Source: Eledone cirrhosa (Eukaryota). Taken from it: DNA of 64,000 nucleotides. The notes below the pieces were generated by a model, which was not told where the DNA came from, did no database searches, and worked only from the letters and a program-made list of their open reading frames with translations. This document shows positions 12,645 through 25,315 of this stretch, piece after piece. Each line of letters opens with the position of its first letter. The first letter of the stretch is position 1. Position numbers and translations under genes: made by a program. The DNA lies in assembly GCA_964016885.1 (NCBI GenBank), contig OZ024747.1, positions 4,030,001 through 4,094,000 on the forward strand, written 5' to 3'.

Positions 12645-12942
12645 GGTAATTCTGAAGGAAAAGCAAAGGAAGAAAGAGTGCTCTATGTATAGAACAGAGC
12701 TATTTAATTAGAAAGTGAACAACACAAAATATAACTACTCCATTACCAAAGGTTTCTGGATCCCAGACAATATTAATATACGTCTGGATCGGTCATCATG
12801 AAAAAATATGAAATAAATCTCATTTCATATTTTTTATCCATAACATCTCTGTCTGATGACTGATCCAGACGTATATTAATATTGTCTGGGATCCAGAAAC
12901 CTTTGGTAATGGAGTAGTTATATTTTGTGTTGTTCACTTTCA
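12645..12942. mobile_element. Penelope-like fold-back remnant (about 87-bp inverted arms plus tail)
   Basis: 12711-12797 is the reverse complement of 12856-12942. Contains a hammerhead motif and ends in (TA)n. Confidence 0.8.
12847..12914 (+). ncRNA. Type I hammerhead ribozyme motif
   Basis: cucugu CUGAUGA cugauccagac..gucugggaucca GAAA cc uuu gg UA auggag. Stem I is 6 bp and stem III 3 bp; there are two mismatches at the base of stem II. Confidence 0.7.
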
Positions 12943-12964
12943 AATATATATATATATATATATA

Positions 12965-13276
12965 CTTTGGTAGTAATCCGTAGATAAAAGATCAAGGAAA
13001 ACAGTGCTCAATCTGTTGCAAGAGAGCTTATTTAGTATAAACAAAGTTTCATATACTTAACATATACGTGCTACCATTGGTTTTGGGGTCCAGTTATGGA
13101 GGAGACACTTTTAAACTGGTCCTTCATTCAAGGATGTGGGCAAAAACAAAAATGAATAAAGGGCCAGTTTAAATGCCCCCCCCCCCCCCCCCCATTATAC
13201 AGTGGTGGCCATGACTGGACAATGAAACCAATGGTAGCACATACATGTTAAGTGTATGAAACTTTGTTTATACTAT
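12965..13276. mobile_element. Second PLE-like fold-back with decayed hammerhead
   Basis: Arms about 13033-13099 and 13209-13276; remnant GAAAccaatggTAgcac. Confidence 0.65.
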
Positions 13277-13391
13277 ATATATATACACACACACTTATAC
13301 ATGCATATATATTCATTCAAATCCATTCCATTTTCAAAGCTGTATATATTTTAAAAAAACCGAACACATTGACAGGACAAAGATGATGGTG

Positions 13392-13427
<36 letters not shown>

Positions 13428-14204
13428 TCAGTAATAATGTTCTCAGTAAAAAAAATAATAATATCTTTCTTTGGATTTTTCCATATGTGCAACAAAAGAG
13501 AGAAATATTTCAATGCAGACACAATCACAACAAATTTCTCTAGAATTCAAAAGAATGAATCCCCAATAGACATATCTAAAATATGGTCTGATATATACAT
13601 ACATAAATACACACACATTATAAATGTATACCATGTATACTCATGTGTAAGTAGCACATTTTATCATAAAAAGACAACGGGAAAAACCAGCTTGTAACTT
13701 ACAGACATACAAGACTTCAATTCAAAATATATTTATTGTACATTGTAAATGGAAGTTCAACATATCTACTGGTGCGACTTATACATGATTGTATAGAGTA
13801 AATAATGTAGGGTCCAAAGTCCTGACCAATCACATCAGATTTCTTCTCATTGCTCCTACACTACCTCAGTAGCAAAATAAACAAAATAAAATCCTCTGAT
13901 CTAAATACTTTATATGTATTGCCAGGTTTAGTAGAAAATATCTGGAGGTTAGATCTTTATTTATATACATGAAAACATTATCATTTTCATCCACCATTTC
14001 ATCTAAACCAAGTGGTGACCATTTTTACTTCCATTCATAATTAAAGGTGAACAGGAAAGGTCTTTTGTTTTTATTTTTTAGGGGAGGGCTGGTTGTCGAG
14101 GAGAGGGTCAACTGAGAAAAAGAATCACTTCATCCTCAACCTCTTTCTATGTACCACTACTTTCATCATTGCTACCATATAATAACAACAACAACATAAG
14201 CAAC

Positions 14205-14362
14205 CCCAAGCAAAATAATTGGATAACATCCATGAGTTTGGGTAGTCCTGCCTGGGGATCTAGCCAGAACAATTGGACACAATTGCTACTGATAGGACCT
14301 GCTGGAAGGCATGTTTGAAGACTCTGCCTTCAGGACTCTCCTAGGAATAAGGGATGAAGAAT
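14205..14362 (+). mobile_element. RTE family 3 3'-end fragment
   Basis: Homologous to the minus-strand copy at 14675-14957 (LDNIHEFG...). Confidence 0.65.
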
Positions 14363-14379
14363 GAGAGAAAGAAGTCAAT

Positions 14380-14568
14380 TTGGCATTTAATCCAGCCATA
14401 TCCAGCCAGAATTCTCTAACTTCTTTCTGTTCTAACCAATCGTAACTGGCCACTCATACTGACGTTAAGGTATTGTTCTCAAAATCTCATAGATTCTATA
14501 TTATGTGAGATAAAATGTTTACCATGAAAACACAATAGAAAATATAGAGTAATGTAAATGCTAAAGAA
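14380..14568. mobile_element. Diverged piggyBac-type MITE copy
   Basis: Collinear with 43588-43807 and 53765-53980. Confidence 0.75.
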
Positions 14569-14674
14569 ATAAATCTGAAAAAAGGACATATATAAATGTA
14601 TGATCTTTACTAGATACAATGTAAAACAATTGCTGATTTTCACAGAAAACAGTGTAGATAAAAGTAGAGACTTT

Positions 14675-14957
14675 ATCTTCTTCTTCTTCCCCCACTTATT
14701 CCTAAAATGGTCATATAGGCAGAGTCCTCAAACTCTCCTTCCAGGGGGTCCTGACAGAAGCTACCATCTCCAATTGATCTAGCTGGAGCCCCAAGCGAGA
14801 CCAGCCAAACTCATGTATGTTATCCAACCATCTTGTTCAGGGTCTACTCCTGAGTTTCCTGCCAGTTTGTTTCGCCCATAGAGCTTGTCTACTGATTCTT
14901 ACCTGAGACATTCTAACCACATGTCCATAGTATCGGAGCTGTGATCTCTCAATTGTA
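14675..14957 (-). pseudogene. RTE ORF C-terminal fragment with (GAA)n tail
   Basis: IERSQLRYYGHVVRM...GRKLRSRP*TRWLDNI. A further homolog lies at 16360-16503 (-). Confidence 0.8.
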
Positions 14958-15701
14958 GACTGTTATGTCATTTAATATGAACTGCTAGGCTAGAGGGAGC
15001 AGAATATCATCTATACTGAAACACTGAGTCAGTGGGTTCAAAGTGTTAAAGTTAAGAGCAACATATTTGTTGTAAAGGAGAAGCGCCATGAATTAAATTG
15101 ATCCAAATTTATTACTGATAATCATTTTATTGATTCCCTTCCACTGGAGAGGGGATGAAAAGCTAAGTGATACCAATAGGAGAGGAACTGTGAACATGAA
15201 GGAAAATAATTGAATACAGTAATACATTTTGTCTAATGGTCTCCCAGTTTTGACAATAATTCTGAAATTGTTTTGCAAGATCATAGCAAAAGAGTCCATT
15301 AGTGATGTTATTGAATATTCCCTGCTCCTACAATTTTATCAACAGCCATACAGAATCCACACTCTACAACACTTTATATATATACATAAATATAAATATA
15401 TATATATGTATATATATGTGTATATATATATATATATATAAATATAAATATATATATATGTATATATATATGTATATACATGTATATATATATGTATATA
15501 TATATATATACAAATATATATTTGTCAAATTGCAAAGCATGGTAGGAATAGTGTAATGTAAGGTTTATATAACACACACACGCACACACATACATATATA
15601 TATAGAGAGAGAAATAGTTCTACAACAGCTAGTTCACCATATATATATATATATTATTCAAAATGTTAACAAATGAAAAATATTCTCATAATCAAAATAT
15701 A

Positions 15702-15767
15702 TACTTTATTATATATATTTCAAAGGTACTGTGTTGTTTTTTCAGTACGTCCTCATCAGACAAAATA
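15702..15767 (-). ncRNA. Type I hammerhead ribozyme motif
   Basis: uauuuugu CUGAUGA ggacguacug..caguaccuuu GAAA uauaua UA auaaagua. Confidence 0.8.
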
Positions 15768-15830
15768 TATGATTTGATATATGACATACCGCTTCGGTCT
15801 TGATTATTCAATTCCAGTATTGGCAGTCAT

Positions 15831-15896
15831 TATTTTGTCTGATGAGAACGTACTGATAAAACAACACAGTACCTTTGAAATATATATAATAAAGTA
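15831..15896 (+). ncRNA. Type I hammerhead ribozyme motif
   Basis: uauuuugu CUGAUGA gaacguacug..caguaccuuu GAAA uauaua UA auaaagua. 8-bp stem I, about 9-bp stem II, palindromic stem III. Confidence 0.8.
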
Positions 15897-16051
15897 TATA
15901 TTTTGATTATGAGAATATTTTTCATTTGTTAATATTTTGAATAATATTAAAAACTCCAGGAAAACTGCTGTTGAGTGCTTCTAATCTATTGTAAAATTGT
16001 ATTCATTGAGTAATCAACGAACCATACTATTCTTTGGTTATATATATATAT

Positions 16052-16222
16052 ATAGGAAAAAGTATGACCTCGACGGCAGAGCTCAAGCCGTTTCGACGTC
16101 GAAATGGCTTGGGCTCTGCCGTCGGGGTCATACTTTTTCCTATTACCAACTCTACTACCCTAAGTATTGAGTACTCTGGTGCGTTATGGTCCATCTGGTT
16201 CCTTACCACAACTCCTTCGTTA
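16052..16222 (+). mobile_element. GC-rich hairpin-headed short element in (TA)n (probable PLE-type non-autonomous family)
   Basis: About 45-bp-arm palindrome plus constant tail CTCTACTACCCTAAGTATTGAGTACT..GGTCCAnCTGGTTCCTTAC. Other copies at 31315, 34573, 36510, 36727, 57265 and 59255. Confidence 0.8.
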
Positions 16223-16572
16223 TATATATATATATATATATTTGTGAAATTACACCAAGAAAGCTTTGATAAACTTGTTCATATGTTTGGCCTTCTATAA
16301 ATGTCCATGGCTCTTTTTATAACATGCTGTTCGTTTGTTTGACAATAACATTGCAATCTTCTTCTTTGCCCACATATTCGTGAAATGGTCATGGGGGAGA
16401 GTCGTCAATCAATCCTTTCATCAGGTCCTCTCAGAAGCAACTATCTCAAACTGAATCAGCTGAACCTCCAAGTGTGACCAGCCAAGTTGGCCTTGATGAG
16501 AGTTGAATGACACTAGAATATCTATAAATATTTAGATAAAGCATTGAACAGTATTATTTATTCACACAAATA

Positions 16573-16756
16573 GGCAGTGGATTGGCAGTATCAGTAGAGG
16601 GTCGGACGCCATGCTTTCCAGCATAGTTACGTCCCTTTACGATCTGAGTTCAAATCCCGCCGAGGTTGACTTTGCCTTTCATCCTTACGGGGTCGATAAA
16701 ATAAAGTACCAGTAATGCACTGCGTAATTGCTGGCCTTGTGCCTAAAGTAGAAACA
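16573..16756 (+). mobile_element. Full-length family A tRNA-derived SINE with 20-bp target-site duplication
   Basis: A-box-like TGGCAGTATCAGTAG, B-box GAGTTCAAATCC, core GCCTTTCATCCTTACGGGGTCGATAAA (resembles the Meta-SINE domain as I recall it). TSD ATTATTTATTCACACAAATA at 16553 and 16757. Confidence 0.92.
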
Positions 16757-17292
16757 ATTATTTATTCACACAAATATGATAAATACCTACGTTCTTCTGG
16801 TTGAATATATTTTATATTTAACTTGCATTTTCTCAAGAATCTTCAAATTATCTTTGCTGTAAATCAACAAATCGTTTCAGTTACTGAATATATAAAATTC
16901 CTGTTCCATATGTTACCTACATAATATTTGTTGATTCATGGACCTTGTTGCCTATATTAGACAATTATAAACGAATTGTTGCCTTCATAAGTTTTACATA
17001 AGGTGGGGTGCAGGCTTGGTATAGGTGCTGGTATGGCAGTATGACAGTTAAGAAATTTACAGAAACAACTTTAAAGTTTGATTTTATAAGTGCTAAAATT
17101 ATTAAAGAATAAGACTGTATCACCCTCATCATCATCATCATCACCGACTTCTCCATCATCATCATCATCATCATTATCACTATGATTAACATCATTATTC
17201 AAAGTTCATTTTCCCTGAGTGGGTCATCACAGACCAAGCCAATACATAATCAGAGTCGCAGTGTACACCATGCATTTTATCATGGTACCAGC

Positions 17293-17330
<38 letters not shown>

Positions 17331-17973
17331 AATGCATATGATTGAGAATTGGACTATGCAGTCAGCACATGTAGACGGTTATGTAATTGTATAGAAACAT
17401 ATGTTAAAGCATGAACACTCAATACATTTCTCCTTCTGACCACTTCTTGCCTAGTTCTTCCTGGTACCATATATATATATATACTTACTCAGTATTAGTT
17501 AAGGTTACCAGCTGGTTTCATGTCAGATACCGATTTTACCAGCTGGTAACTCTAAATAATTGTTTCTACTTTAGGCACAAAGCCAGCAATTACCCAGTGC
17601 ATTACTGGTACTTTATTTCATCGACCCCGTTGTTTAATATTATCAAGTCACTATATAGTTCTTCGACTGATATATATAACTCTTTTGCTAAATGCTGGTT
17701 AATACACTAAACTTACACACCTGTTTACAAACAATATACCTTCAAACTGAATCCATCCTGATTTATATATATATGTGTGTGTGTGTTTGTGTGTGTGTGT
17801 ATATCATCATCATCGTCATCACAATGATGATGATGATATATATATATATATAGTTTGTAAACACACACGTATATGTATGTGTGTAAATATATACATACAC
17901 ACACACACACATATATATACATATATGTATATATTATATAGAGATGTGTGTGTATATATGTATATATTTACAT

Positions 17974-18004
<31 letters not shown>

Positions 18005-18463
18005 CATATATATGTATATATTATATATGCATGTGTCTGTGTGAATGTGGGAGTGTATGTGCATATATATATCTTATAGAATTAATAAATTTATATACCC
18101 TATGGTATATTATTATCATCATCATCAACATCATCATCCTCATCATCATCTTTATTATTATACACCTTTTTTTTCTCCTAAACTTGGCTTAGTGACAAGA
18201 AAGATGTCATTCACATAATTGAAGTAGAAGGTAAGGGGTAGGGATTTTAGGTGGTGGAAGAGAATACTTACTTTTCCGACTGATTTACTTCTCTCGGCAT
18301 AGAAAAATCTCCAATATTTCTTAACTATGCTTTTGTGCCAACCCATTACAGTAATATGCGTAAAAAAATAAAATCGGGAAAGGTAAAAATGAACGGTTGT
18401 ATAACAAAACAGTTAGCACGCATTCCAGTCACGTATTTTACCAAACATGCATAAATGAAGAGC

Positions 18464-18570
18464 TATACTCCAATTATAATACTATATATGTATATACATA
18501 TGTCTCTATATGTATGTGTGTATATGTATATGTATATATATATACATATATGTACCTAAATATACATATA

Positions 18571-18602
<32 letters not shown>

Positions 18603-18658
18603 CACACATACATATAGAGACATATGTATATACATATACAGTATTATAATTGGAGTAT
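18464..18658. repeat. Inverted repeat (about 60-bp arms) at the end of an unknown element in (TA)n
   Basis: TATACTCCAATTATAATACT...AGTATTATAATTGGAGTATA. Confidence 0.75.
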
Positions 18659-18733
18659 ATATATGTACCTATATATACATATATGTATATATATGTATAT
18701 ATATACATATGTATATAAATATATGTACATATA

Positions 18734-18765
<32 letters not shown>

Positions 18766-18773
18766 ATTATATA

Positions 18774-18816
<43 letters not shown>

Positions 18817-18825
18817 TATAATGTG

Positions 18826-18856
<31 letters not shown>

Positions 18857-18926
18857 ATTATATAATGTGTATATATATAATATATAATATATATATATAT
18901 ATATGTACATTCATGCACACATATAT

Positions 18927-18985
<59 letters not shown>

Positions 18986-19276
18986 CACATATATATATAT
19001 GTTTATTTATACACACACATATATACATACATATAAGTATATACCCCATCTAACTCAGTCTCTTACCTAATATGTAAGACTACACATTATCTCAATATTA
19101 AGAGCGTATATAAGAAGATTAAATTGCTCAAGTTTTTATCTACACTTGGGGGGGTGGGGCAACAGTGTATGTAGATATAAATATATACATACCTGTATGG
19201 CAAGATATATGTGTGAACATTTTTTTGTGTATGCATATATGTATCCATATATAAATATATATATGTGTGTGTGGGG

Positions 19277-19318
<42 letters not shown>

Positions 19319-19429
19319 TATATACACTTACAACTTATATATACACTTACAACTTACCTGCACACATTCATACAGGATAATCTATAAATAATGTAATACT
19401 TATTGAGTCATATGATTTTAGATATGAAT

Positions 19430-19466
19430 ATATACACTATATATATATATATATATACACTATATA

Positions 19467-19530
<64 letters not shown>

Positions 19531-19550
19531 TATATATATATATATATATA

Positions 19551-19626
<76 letters not shown>

Positions 19627-19649
19627 TATATATATATATATATATACAC

Positions 19650-19704
<55 letters not shown>

Positions 19705-19724
19705 TATATATATATATATATATA

Positions 19725-19786
<62 letters not shown>

Positions 19787-19872
19787 TATATATATAGTGT
19801 ATATATATATACACTATATATATAGTGTATATATATATATATATATATACACTATATATATATATATATATA
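19430..19872. repeat. (TA)n array interrupted by CAC and GTG units in both orientations
   Basis: TATACACTATA and its reverse complement TATAGTGTATA are interspersed. Confidence 0.9.
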
Positions 19873-20469
19873 CACACCAATAATTCTATAATCATCCTCA
19901 ACATCATCCTTGTTCTTACATCCACTATTATATATTAACAGGAGTTCTACAGGTCCTCTCCAGCACAACATTTCTCTATTCGTCCCTTCCCTCTGTCATC
20001 CCCTTCCTGAGGTGTAGTTTCTTCAGCTCACCTTCAACTACCTCATCCTACATCTTTATTGGACTTCCTTCTCTTGGATTCTATTTAGTATTCTTGGCAT
20101 TTCTTCACCCTTCAATGATCCCCCACATGCAATACTAGATCTATCTATCTCTCCTGGCAGAACTCTTTACTGCAATATACAACATGCCTTGCACTTATAC
20201 CAGCTTTTTGTGATCTGAGTTCAAATCCAGTTATGGCCTACTTGAGTGGAAAGCTTGATGACCAGGTACTTGCTTTGAAGACTTCCAAACTACCCCGCAC
20301 CCACCACCACCACCACCACCAGTCAATAAGGCCCTGAAAAGAGTCATAGGCACTGCCCCTTCTTATCAACTAAACAAAATAGATAAATTAAATAACACAG
20401 ACACATCTGTTTACTGGAGATCAGCAGCACTGTCTTCACTCTCAACAGAAACTTGAAGAAATAATAATG

Positions 20470-20815
20470 ATTCCATTTATTGGCCACAAGGGCCGACATA
20501 TAGGGGACAATACAAAGACAGGGACAGTGGGGGGGTTTACAATAAGGTCGAGTAAAAGTGCACAATGACAAGACTAACTTAACAATGAAGATATAAAAAT
20601 ATGAAATAAACTATACATAAATATAACAAAATTAATTCCCCAATAGGGGGGGGGGGGGGGTCGATGACCCATGGGTGACTCAGATACCCCACCAATCCTG
20701 AACCACCCTGCGTTTCTAGGGCACCCGGGGAGAGCACCCTCTCCTCCTCAAATTAGCTAGCCTATAGGTACATGGTCAGAGCAGGCCCATTCACACAGGC
20801 CATTCTCCTCGCCAC
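20470..20815 (-). mobile_element. Tx1/L1-like LINE 3' end
   Basis: Homologous to 36030-36400 (AGAATGGCC..GTGAATGGGCC...; CTTGTGGCCAATAAA). Confidence 0.65.
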
Positions 20816-21054
20816 AATAATAATAATAACAGGCCTACCTACTTGGCTCTGCCAGAATTATTAGAAAAGTGATGGATACCAACTAGAAGAGTAAAAAGTA
20901 AATCTTATCATCCTAAGCTCTGAGATGAAGTCTGATAGGAAGAAGAGAAATACCAGTAATTAACATTAACACTGTGCAATGATGAAAATAACATTTAATA
21001 ATAATAATGATAACATATAGAAGCATATAGACAATATTCCCCCACACCCTCCCA

Positions 21055-21275
21055 CTGCAAAGTGGTCGTGGCGGTGCCATGGCAAAAAAGTACCCAGCAC
21101 ACACTGTAAATGAGGTTGGTGTTAGGAAGGGGATCCAGCTGTAGAAATCAAGCCAGAATCAGCTCCCGTATGAGCAAGACAAGGTCAGCCGACCGGACAC
21201 TGCCCACAACAGGACAACCCGTCTAACCCATGCTAGCATGGAAGAACGGACGTAAAACAATGATGATGATGATGA
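21055..21275 (+). mobile_element. Family B SINE 3' half with RTE-like tail
   Basis: ACTGTAAATGAGGTTGGTGTTAGGAAGGG...ACCCATGCTAGCATGGAA...(GAT)n. Confidence 0.8.
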
Positions 21276-21285
21276 ATAACAATGA

Positions 21286-21555
21286 TGAAATGTAGTCATC
21301 CCAAATGCAAATGACTAAAGTAATAGTTGATCAAGGTAAATAAGAGTTGAAACTCAAGTAAAGTAATCCTTTGTAGGTGGTAAACAAATAGACAAGAAGA
21401 CTGCAAGGTATTGAACCATGCATTTTCAATTCCTCACAAGTTTTGCTGTCTACTTTTTCTTTCATCTTCTGCAGTACTTTGTTTGATTTTTCAACTATTA
21501 TTTACATAGATTGACAATTACTATAGTCATTTGTATTTGGGATGACTACATCTCA
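21286..21555. repeat. Old diverged fold-back (about 80-bp arms)
   Basis: ATGTAGTCATCCCAAATGCAAATGACTA vs TAGTCATTTGTATTTGGGATGACTACAT. Confidence 0.7.
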
Positions 21556-22147
21556 AATTTAATATTAAAAATATTTCCAATGCCTTCTAAGTCAGCCATA
21601 TGTAATAATCATGATATCTTTTATTGGCTACAACAATAAAAATAAATGAACTAATATATTATCTCCAACTGTCTATAATATGTGATAATATATGAAGACT
21701 AGGCCTGGAGAGGGTTGGGCTCCCCCAGGTTTTAAAAAGGCCCCAAAAATGCTGTATACCAATATGGTGCCCCTACAATTCCATCAGGAATTACGGGATA
21801 AAACAAACAAAAAATATGAAGAATATGTGACTTTTTAACAAAATTTACAGTCATTTTCACTTGGACATCAAAATTTAGACATTCACATTTTTGTAAATAA
21901 AATTCCTCTTCCTTCTAAATGTTTTGAGCTCTCATTTTGGAAACATGTTTCTTTTTATATAATTTTGTGCTTTCTTCGATATATTTTTTCATTCTCTTAT
22001 TGTATTCATTATTTTATCAAGGGTGGTGGATTGGCAGTATCAGTAGAGGGTCGTAAACTCTATGCGTCAAAGCATGGCGTCTGACCCTCTACTGATACTG
22101 CCAATAGATTACATTGTCCAGGAATTGAACCCTCAACATTATGATCA

Positions 22148-22350
22148 TAAGGCTCACCTTACTGAGATGTTAGGTGATACCCATGAGGATACCTGGTTGT
22201 TTCAGCTTCTTAACCCCGCCATCAGCCATCGTAATGTTGCGAGTGTATTGCCTCAAAGTGTTCCATTCTATTTCTGTGCACTATTTTTAACATTTCTATT
22301 AGCCCGACAGATTGCCAGACAATATGATCGATATTTTGTGTATTGATCAA
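22148..22350 (+). mobile_element. CRE-like LINE 3' fragment (decayed)
   Basis: LTEMLGDTHEDTWLFQLLNPAISHRNVASVL aligns to LIDVTGESREGAWLFQHLTLAITRGKTASVL at 46455-46550. Confidence 0.65.
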
Positions 22351-22511
22351 AATTATTCTTTTATATATATATATATATACATGTGAGTGTGTGTGTGTGT
22401 ATTTATATATATATATATATATATATGTATATTTATATATATATATATAAATATATATTTATATATTTATTTATATATTTATATATATATATATTTATAT
22501 ATTTATTTATA

Positions 22512-22547
<36 letters not shown>

Positions 22548-22712
22548 TATATATATTTATTAAAATATATATATATTTATATATTCATTAGTTAAGCAAA
22601 ACAAAACCACAAATTTCACAAGGAAGACATTATTAAAAGATTGTCAACATATTTTAGTTTGATGTAAGGAATGTAGAGAATAATAATAATAATATTAATA
22701 ATAATAATGTCC

Positions 22713-22831
22713 GTTTACAATTGTTTCGCTACTCCATATACTATTTCTGGTTCAAATGACTATATATCATTATTGATCTGGTTCAGTTGAAAATAATTAA
22801 CATATTTAAAAACAGAGCGGCTCATCGGAAC
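22713..22831 (-). ncRNA. Hammerhead-like motif with very long stem II insert (core variant CCGAUGA)
   Basis: guu CCGAUGA gccgcucugu-[about 75 nt]-auggaguagc GAAA caauug UA aac. Confidence 0.5.
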
Positions 22832-23266
22832 TTCAAAGGAATATAAATTAAAATAAGGAGAGAATGTTACATAATGTAATGTTCCATATATTGGTATTTC
22901 ACTATGGTGTCCTGGGTGTATCAATTGTCAGCCATAATCAAGCAGTATTCATCTGTCGAGGCTGCATTGTGTGAGATCTGCCTATATATTTATATATATA
23001 AAATCTTTTCCTGGGTCCTGTATTTTCGTTGCTCTAGTGATGCGGCTGGACTGCCGACCGCTATATCTGATTTGCTGAGCTGTCTGAACGTAATGTTATT
23101 ACTCTGGGGTTCTTTTCCCCATCTGAGTGCTAAAGCTACAGACTGATTCTGCATTCGTTAGCTTGGCCGTGTTCTAAAGCTTCGTTAATGCTGTACTAAC
23201 ATTTGTATTTATATATATATATATATATATATACATATATTTATTAAAATATATATATATTTATTT

Positions 23267-23640
23267 ATAAAATATTAAAAAAATAATGAATAAAACAATG
23301 AAACAGTTCCTTATATTAAACAAAAAAAGTTCATTATTTAACGATCGTTTCTAGGACATATATGTGTTAGAATTGGCATGCATATTCAATATGCATGCTA
23401 ATTCTAACACATATATGTCCTAGAAACGATCGTTAAATAATGAACTTTTTTTGTTTAATATAAGGAACTGTTTCATTGTTTTATTCATTATTTTTTAAAT
23501 ATTTTATCTTGACTCTGTATTCCGTTTATCTTTCACCGAAAGTGATTTTTGAATGCATCTCTTCTTTCCATGATATCCGGATTACATTGAGTTCTTCATA
23601 CGGATTGGACACTACCGTAAACTTTTGGTAGATTTATCTA
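23267..23640. mobile_element. Near-perfect 240-bp palindrome (centre 23387) plus tail; PLE-like fold-back
   Basis: Arms 23267-23386 and 23388-23507; contains the hammerhead 3' half GAAAcgatcgTT; lies in (TA)n. Confidence 0.8.
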
Positions 23641-23652
23641 CATATATTTATT

Positions 23653-23685
<33 letters not shown>

Positions 23686-23717
23686 ATTTATATATATATA
23701 TATTTATATATATAAAT

Positions 23718-23765
<48 letters not shown>

Positions 23766-23839
23766 AAATATATATTTATATATATATATATTTATTTATA
23801 TATATATATATATATTTATTTATATATATATATATATAT

Positions 23840-24025
23840 AATTGTTTCTACTTTTGGCACAAGGCCATCAATTACTCAGTGTATTACTGGTACATTATTT
23901 TATCGACCCCATAAGGATGAAAGGCAAAGTTAACCTCGGCGGGTTTTGAACTCAGACCGCAGAGGGACGTAACTATGCTGGAAAGCATGGTGTCCGACCC
24001 TCTACTGATACTGCCAATCTACCGA
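23840..24025 (-). mobile_element. Family A SINE
   Basis: Reverse complement of the 16573 copy. Confidence 0.9.
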
Positions 24026-24495
24026 TATAGATTTGGTGTAGTGTCAGTTGCTCTGTTATCAATAAAACTTGATAATAACATGTTGATGAAAACAGCTTTT
24101 AAATCCCCTAATTTGTCTGCAAGTATTTTACAGAGAGAAGAATTGTATCTTATATATCCATAAAAGAACATTAGGATAAACTCTCTGTAAATAGGAAATC
24201 TTAAGAATTCTTTCCATCATTATCATGAAGCCATTTATAAGAATTATTTCAAATGTGACACATTATAGTTATAAGCAGCTAATGTCAAACATGATATATA
24301 AAAACTGGAAACAATTATTGAGAGAAGTTTGAAAACCAAAGATAATTTGCTAATTAAAAATATAATTGATAACTTTGGGAAGAACATTCAATATCAGTCT
24401 TTTAATGTGCCAAAATAATTATGAATGAGAACATATTTACAAACTTTGAATACTAGCAGTGAAAATAGTAGTGGGTTGGTAGAATTGGTAGAGCA

Positions 24496-24860
24496 TCATC
24501 ATCATCATCATCATCGTTTAACGTCTATCTTCCACGCTAGCATGGGTTTGATAGGAGTTGTCCCACTTGAGGCAAGATTGATCAGGTGACCGTGTCTCGC
24601 TCATATAGGACTATCTGGCAGGTTTTCTATGGCTGGATGCCCTTCCTAACACCAATCACATTTACAGTGTGGACTGAGAGGTTTTTACCGTGTTACCTAT
24701 ACGGCCACATTACAACGTGGTCTGTGTGTTTTTTGTCGTGACACCTACACAACCTGATTAGTTTGGACTGGATGTTGTGGTACCAACATAATTTTATAGA
24801 GAAAGGGTGGTGTTGGTGGGAGTGGCAGGATGGAGTAGGGGTAGTGGGTTGGGGTGTATA
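24496..24860 (-). mobile_element. RTE 3' UTR-only copy
   Basis: Diverged homolog of 4283-4632 with the same GGGGTGTA boundary. Confidence 0.85.
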
Positions 24861-25064
24861 TGAAATATAATTGTGTTATTTGTTCTGGCATTTTACATTC
24901 TGAGTTCAAATATCAGTGAGGTTAATTTTGCCTTTCATTCTTCTGGGGCTGATAAAATGATATACCAGTAAAGTACTGGGGTTGATTCAATCAGCTCAAC
25001 TCTTTCCACAAAATGTTCTGGTCTTGTATCTAAATTAGAAATCAATATTGGCTGTGATAGAGAA

Positions 25065-25315
25065 AATGATATGTTCCCAGACCTCATTCCTTTACTGAAT
25101 GGGGTGGAATCTGTCAGATTGGACCAAGGAAACAATGTTTCCTTTGGCCTTTCCATTGCTGTTACTATCTACTGGCTGCAACTTCTAACAGAAAGAGCAA
25201 TGTGAAATAAGATGTTATGCTCAAGGATATAATGCTTCACCTGGCGTAGGAATCTAACTCGCAACCTCATGATTGTGAAATCCAATTCATTAACCACTAA
25301 GCCACACACTTTCGC
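25065..25315 (-). mobile_element. SINE with family B tRNA head and a distinct hairpin-containing tail
   Basis: Tail GGACCAAGGAAACAATGTTTCC.TTGG is also present at 63870-64000. Confidence 0.7.

Larger units (their letters stand above)
15651..16040. mobile_element. PLE fold-back with 117-bp inverted arms plus about 90-bp tail
   Basis: 15651-15767 vs 15831-15947; (TA)n on both sides; hammerhead in each arm. Confidence 0.85.

Noticed and set aside
16410-16430. CUGAUGA on the minus strand (also at about 26985)
   Set aside because: No stem II/GAAA/stem I arrangement; these lie within an RTE ORF end and a SINE tail.
16573-16660. tRNA genes
   Set aside because: A/B boxes belong to SINE heads that continue into core and tail with TSDs; no complete cloverleaf.
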